A program made the position numbers and the translations under genes. Of a stretch of DNA of 64,000 nucleotides, positions 61,801 through 64,000 are shown piece after piece (position 1 is the first letter of the stretch; every line of letters begins with the position of its first letter). Where the stretch lies: positions 2,108,001 through 2,172,000 of the forward strand of contig OZ251231.1 in NCBI GenBank assembly GCA_965240325.2, written 5' to 3'. The notes under the pieces are model-generated. The model worked only from the letters and a program-made list of their open reading frames with translations, searched no databases and was not told where the DNA came from. Source of the stretch: Rebecca billardiae RCC1528. Its lineage: Eukaryota > Protista > Haptophyta.

Positions 61801-63115
61801 GTCGTGGGCGGCGGCCAGCCGCGCGGCGCGGCCGCTCGAAGGCGCGGGCGGCACGCCGAGCGCGAAGGCCCTGCAGCCGGCCACGAGCATCGCACCCGCC
61901 CAGCCGCAGCCCGCCTCGACCGCGACCGAGCCGCACGCAGGGCCGCGGCGCCCCAGCCGCTCCGCCTCAGCCGTGCCCGCGCGCCCGCGCGGCGCGCACG
62001 GTGCCGCGGCCGCGGCTGCCAGCCGTGCGGTGGCGTGGGGCGTGGAGGCCGTGCGCACGATGAGCGCGTGGGCGCTGATCGACTGGGCGAGCCAGCTGCT
62101 CGTGCTCGCGTGCGCGCTGACGGCGCTCTGGCTGTCCGGGGGCGCGCGCGGGTCGCCGCCGCCGCGCGCGCTGCTGCACGCGCTCGCGTTCGCGTCGCTC
62201 GGGCTGCTGGCGCGCGCGCTCCAGGCGATGCGCGGCTTCGAGCGGCTCGCGCACTTTGTGGACGTGCTCGCGCAGTCGTTCCGCGACATGGCACCGCTGC
62301 TCTTCATCTGCGTCGCGCTCGTCTTCTTTTTCGCGCTCGCGTTCGCCGTGCAGTTCGAGCCCGTCGCGTTCGACGCGGACGACCCGTTTGCCGACGGCAT
62401 GGCGGCGCTGCTCACTCGGCCGCAGTGGTTCCTGCTCGGCGCGTTCAACATGGGCATGCTCGGCGACTTCTCGGTGAGCGCGTTCGAGGAGGCGGCGTCG
62501 CCAACCCTGACGACGCTGCTGTTCGTCGTGCAGATGGTCGTCCTGATGGTCGTCGCGCTCAACGCGCTGATCGCGCTGCTCGGCGACACGTACGACCGCG
62601 TGACCGAGCTGCAGGACGCGTCGCGCAACAAGCAGCGCGCGCGGCTCATCCTAGAGTACTACGACCTGCTGCCGGACGCGTGGGTAGAGCACATCGAGGT
62701 GGCGACGATGTGGGTGCACCGGCTCGCGCCGGTCGCGCTCATGGGCGAGGGTGACGAGGACGAGGCGCCGAGCGAGGACGAGACGTGGCGCGGCAGGCTC
62801 GCCGCCATCTCGCAGCGGCTGGAGGGCAGCCTCGACAAGAAGCAGCGGGCTCTCAGCAAGCAGCTCGAGCAGACTCAACAGAGCCAGCAGAAGCTGGAGC
62901 AGAAGCTGGAGCAGAGCCAGCAGAAGCTGCAGCAGGAGCTGCAGCAGAGCCACAGCAAGCTCGAGCACAAGCTCGATGCGGTGAGCGAGGCCGTCCAGGC
63001 GCTCACGAGGCACCTCGCAGCTCCGCCGGCGAGCGAGCTGTCGTCCACAAACGGTGCACGTGCTGCTGCCAAGGCGGATGATGATTCATCTGATCGCGAA
63101 GTATATGACGTATAG
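58826..63115 (+). CDS. TRP-like cation channel with 14 N-terminal WD40 repeats, a degenerate ankyrin-like linker, 6TM/pore and a C-terminal coiled coil (alternative ATG at 58964)
   Basis: 14 SVxFSPxG-type repeats. S4-S5 LQAMRGFERLAHFVDVLAQSFRDM, pore FNMGMLGDF, S6 VALNALIALLGDTYDRV and TRP-helix-like KQRARLILEY. Intronless. Confidence 0.88.
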   Translation: MNNPQRKHCDSTGITHGPPTNSMILKRHRHEGAALTLHPYDRRISPMAGATKEPAPGGSDAGDGIATRRLVPAGTPGNGSSLAFVREVRAGGQLPNVDVMRAVRRARIKGAPTRREYARNGYYVSSVAFSPDGTRLVLGGSDKKAAVYDASTGELLHELTSADWVYSVTFSPDGARILAGSQDGKAAVYDAPTGELLHELTRAGAVHSVAFSPDGTRLVVGSDDKKAAVYDASTGELLHELTRDGAVRSVAFSPDGACLVLGGHYHGVPVYDASTGELLNELTRAGGVRSVAFSPDGTRLAVAASDNKAAVCDASTGELLHELTLDGAVHSVAFSPDGTRLAVGASDTRAHAVYGTRSGEAAVYDSCTGELLHWLKREGTVNSVAFSPDGACLLVGEATKPTVYHLSTGALLHELTRADGVLSVAFSPDSTRLVVGGIDKAAVYDLSTGELLHELTRAGGVLSVAFSPDGACLVLGGHHQGVPVYNTLTGELLHELKLDWVSSVAFSPGGTRLAVGSLRQKVAVCDASTGTLLHELTCADAVFSVAFSPGGTRLAVGGRDKKAAVYDASTGKLLHELTLDGDVHSVAFSPEGMRLAVGSDDNKAAVYDASKGELLHELTRAGAVHSVAFSPDGMRLAVGSHDKKAAVYDASTGELLHELKCAGGVTSVAFSPDGRHLALASGEAVHLVLADVPVFNLLERSAAALTRTVRSAASHAEPSTGATLAEILIEEGETALLRELVHPHRAPFVPPPVALDAGSFALAIEHNNVAAAELLFEAALRPNVPHGSDARTAAVLAIPALVADGQAQLIARVMRRLVIWRRDFPPFQARALGAPDGGGGPAAASTAVPPLGQVLHSGKADYYTTGVWREHVVRHPHGARAVAHVLPMPCITCGATLRALVRIESGAMWGCDALRAACEVVWLEHVRRYHLALCAVLLLEAALFSAACALVVWPDVAFTPDVGGARRAATVYGVNGALALVALSLLGVEARQSWAAASRAARPLEGAGGTPSAKALQPATSIAPAQPQPASTATEPHAGPRRPSRSASAVPARPRGAHGAAAAAASRAVAWGVEAVRTMSAWALIDWASQLLVLACALTALWLSGGARGSPPPRALLHALAFASLGLLARALQAMRGFERLAHFVDVLAQSFRDMAPLLFICVALVFFFALAFAVQFEPVAFDADDPFADGMAALLTRPQWFLLGAFNMGMLGDFSVSAFEEAASPTLTTLLFVVQMVVLMVVALNALIALLGDTYDRVTELQDASRNKQRARLILEYYDLLPDAWVEHIEVATMWVHRLAPVALMGEGDEDEAPSEDETWRGRLAAISQRLEGSLDKKQRALSKQLEQTQQSQQKLEQKLEQSQQKLQQELQQSHSKLEHKLDAVSEAVQALTRHLAAPPASELSSTNGARAAAKADDDSSDREVYDV
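59185..60890 (+). repeat. Coding tandem array of 14 ~123-bp WD40 units with high nucleotide identity
   Basis: Recurring tcggtggccttctcgcccgacggc and gtcgacgggcgagctgctgcacgagct. Confidence 0.95.
62878..62977 (+). repeat. 33-bp (11-aa) repeat x3 in the channel's C-terminal coiled coil
   Basis: QSQQKLEQKLE / QSQQKLQQELQ / QSHSKLEHKLD. Confidence 0.8.
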
Positions 63116-63252
63116 TCTGAGGTCGTGTTGTCCAGCTGATGTCGACGCGACAATATTATTATAATATATATATTATAATAAAATAATTCATTAACTACGA
63201 TTACGCGACACATTATTTATATATATAATTAATTGTCGCATTCTTAGCTGTG

Positions 63253-63292
63253 ATGAATAATTCAGCTGGCAGCTGGCAGCTGAATTATTCAT
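63253..63292. other. 16-bp inverted repeat with 8-nt loop downstream of the TRP-like gene
   Basis: atgaataattcagctg-gcagctgg-cagctgaattattcat. Confidence 0.85.
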
Positions 63293-64000
63293 GCATCTGC
63301 AAATGCGACCATATAATGTCGCATTCGCAGCATGGCATACCCCCGCCCCGTTTACGTTTCCGAAACCGATCGAGTACTTAAGGTTTCGGCTGGCGGAGAC
63401 TGGCGGCCGAAGCCTCCAGCCCTACCTACCCTTGGCCAGCCCCCAACCAGTGACCACCACCCCCACCCAACCTCAAACCACTGACCGAGACACCTAGTGC
63501 CCTGACACCCCTCCACTGTGGACAGCCCGCCTCCAGAGGGGGCGGGGGTATGCCATTGCCAACAGCATACAAGCCCAACACTGCTGTGGCCTGACCACGG
63601 CCCTTGGCCTGACGGTGACCATCACCAAGGGCTACCGGAAGGTGCTGCCACTGGTGAGCGAGCACCCTTGCCGGAGTTGCCGGTTTGGTGAGCACATGCA
63701 GGTTCAAGGCCTCCTGTTACGACAGCATGCACTTTTGTATATCCCAATTCTAGTGCGTGCTATTCGTAGTCGAAGCTTTGCGTCCGCTGACGAAAGAGGG
63801 CGCCGCCGCGCGCCTGTCGACGACACGGGAAATCGCGCAGATCCCATGCTTGGCGCGGCGCTCTGCGCAGCGCTGTTTCTGGCGGCGCAGGCCGAGGCGG
63901 GCGGTGATCGAACGCAAGGGATCGACCAAGCAAGCGCTTGGCTCGCCCAAGCAGGCACGACGTGGCTCAGCCAGCTGCCAGTCGAGACCAGCGCGCACTT

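Overview
Eukaryotic nuclear DNA with extreme GC content, compact gene spacing and GC-rich spliceosomal introns (GTGCGC/GTGAG...GCAG). The style suggests a haptophyte such as a Pavlovales alga, which is inference only. I can support 14 protein-coding genes. In order they are: a partial RING-CH E3 ligase, a myosin with EF-hands in its tail, a DOT1-like methyltransferase, a TPR protein, a Tudor/ankyrin HECT E3 ligase, a tandem two-module Shaker/CNBD/ankyrin channel, an Sfi1-like Trp-repeat protein, an F-box-like protein, LAS1, an orphan histone H4 (V65C), a bacterial-type VOC/PhnB protein, a coiled-coil protein, a Pro-rich membrane protein with a UIM-like motif, and an intronless TRP-like channel carrying 14 near-identical WD40 repeats. 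The accessory right third holds a 1.94-kb TIR element with a 7-bp TSD. It also holds a composite structure: two apparently identical 812-bp TIR elements enclosing a ~415-bp tandem array, directly upstream of the WD40-TRP gene. The best candidate for an undescribed system is the WD40-TRP channel, whose repeats resemble the hypervariable sensor arrays of fungal HNWD non-self receptors. The second candidate is the tandem channel with one GYG filter and one degenerate filter. Most long ORFs in the supplied track are GC-driven shadow frames. All family assignments come from motif recognition by eye; no database searches were run.
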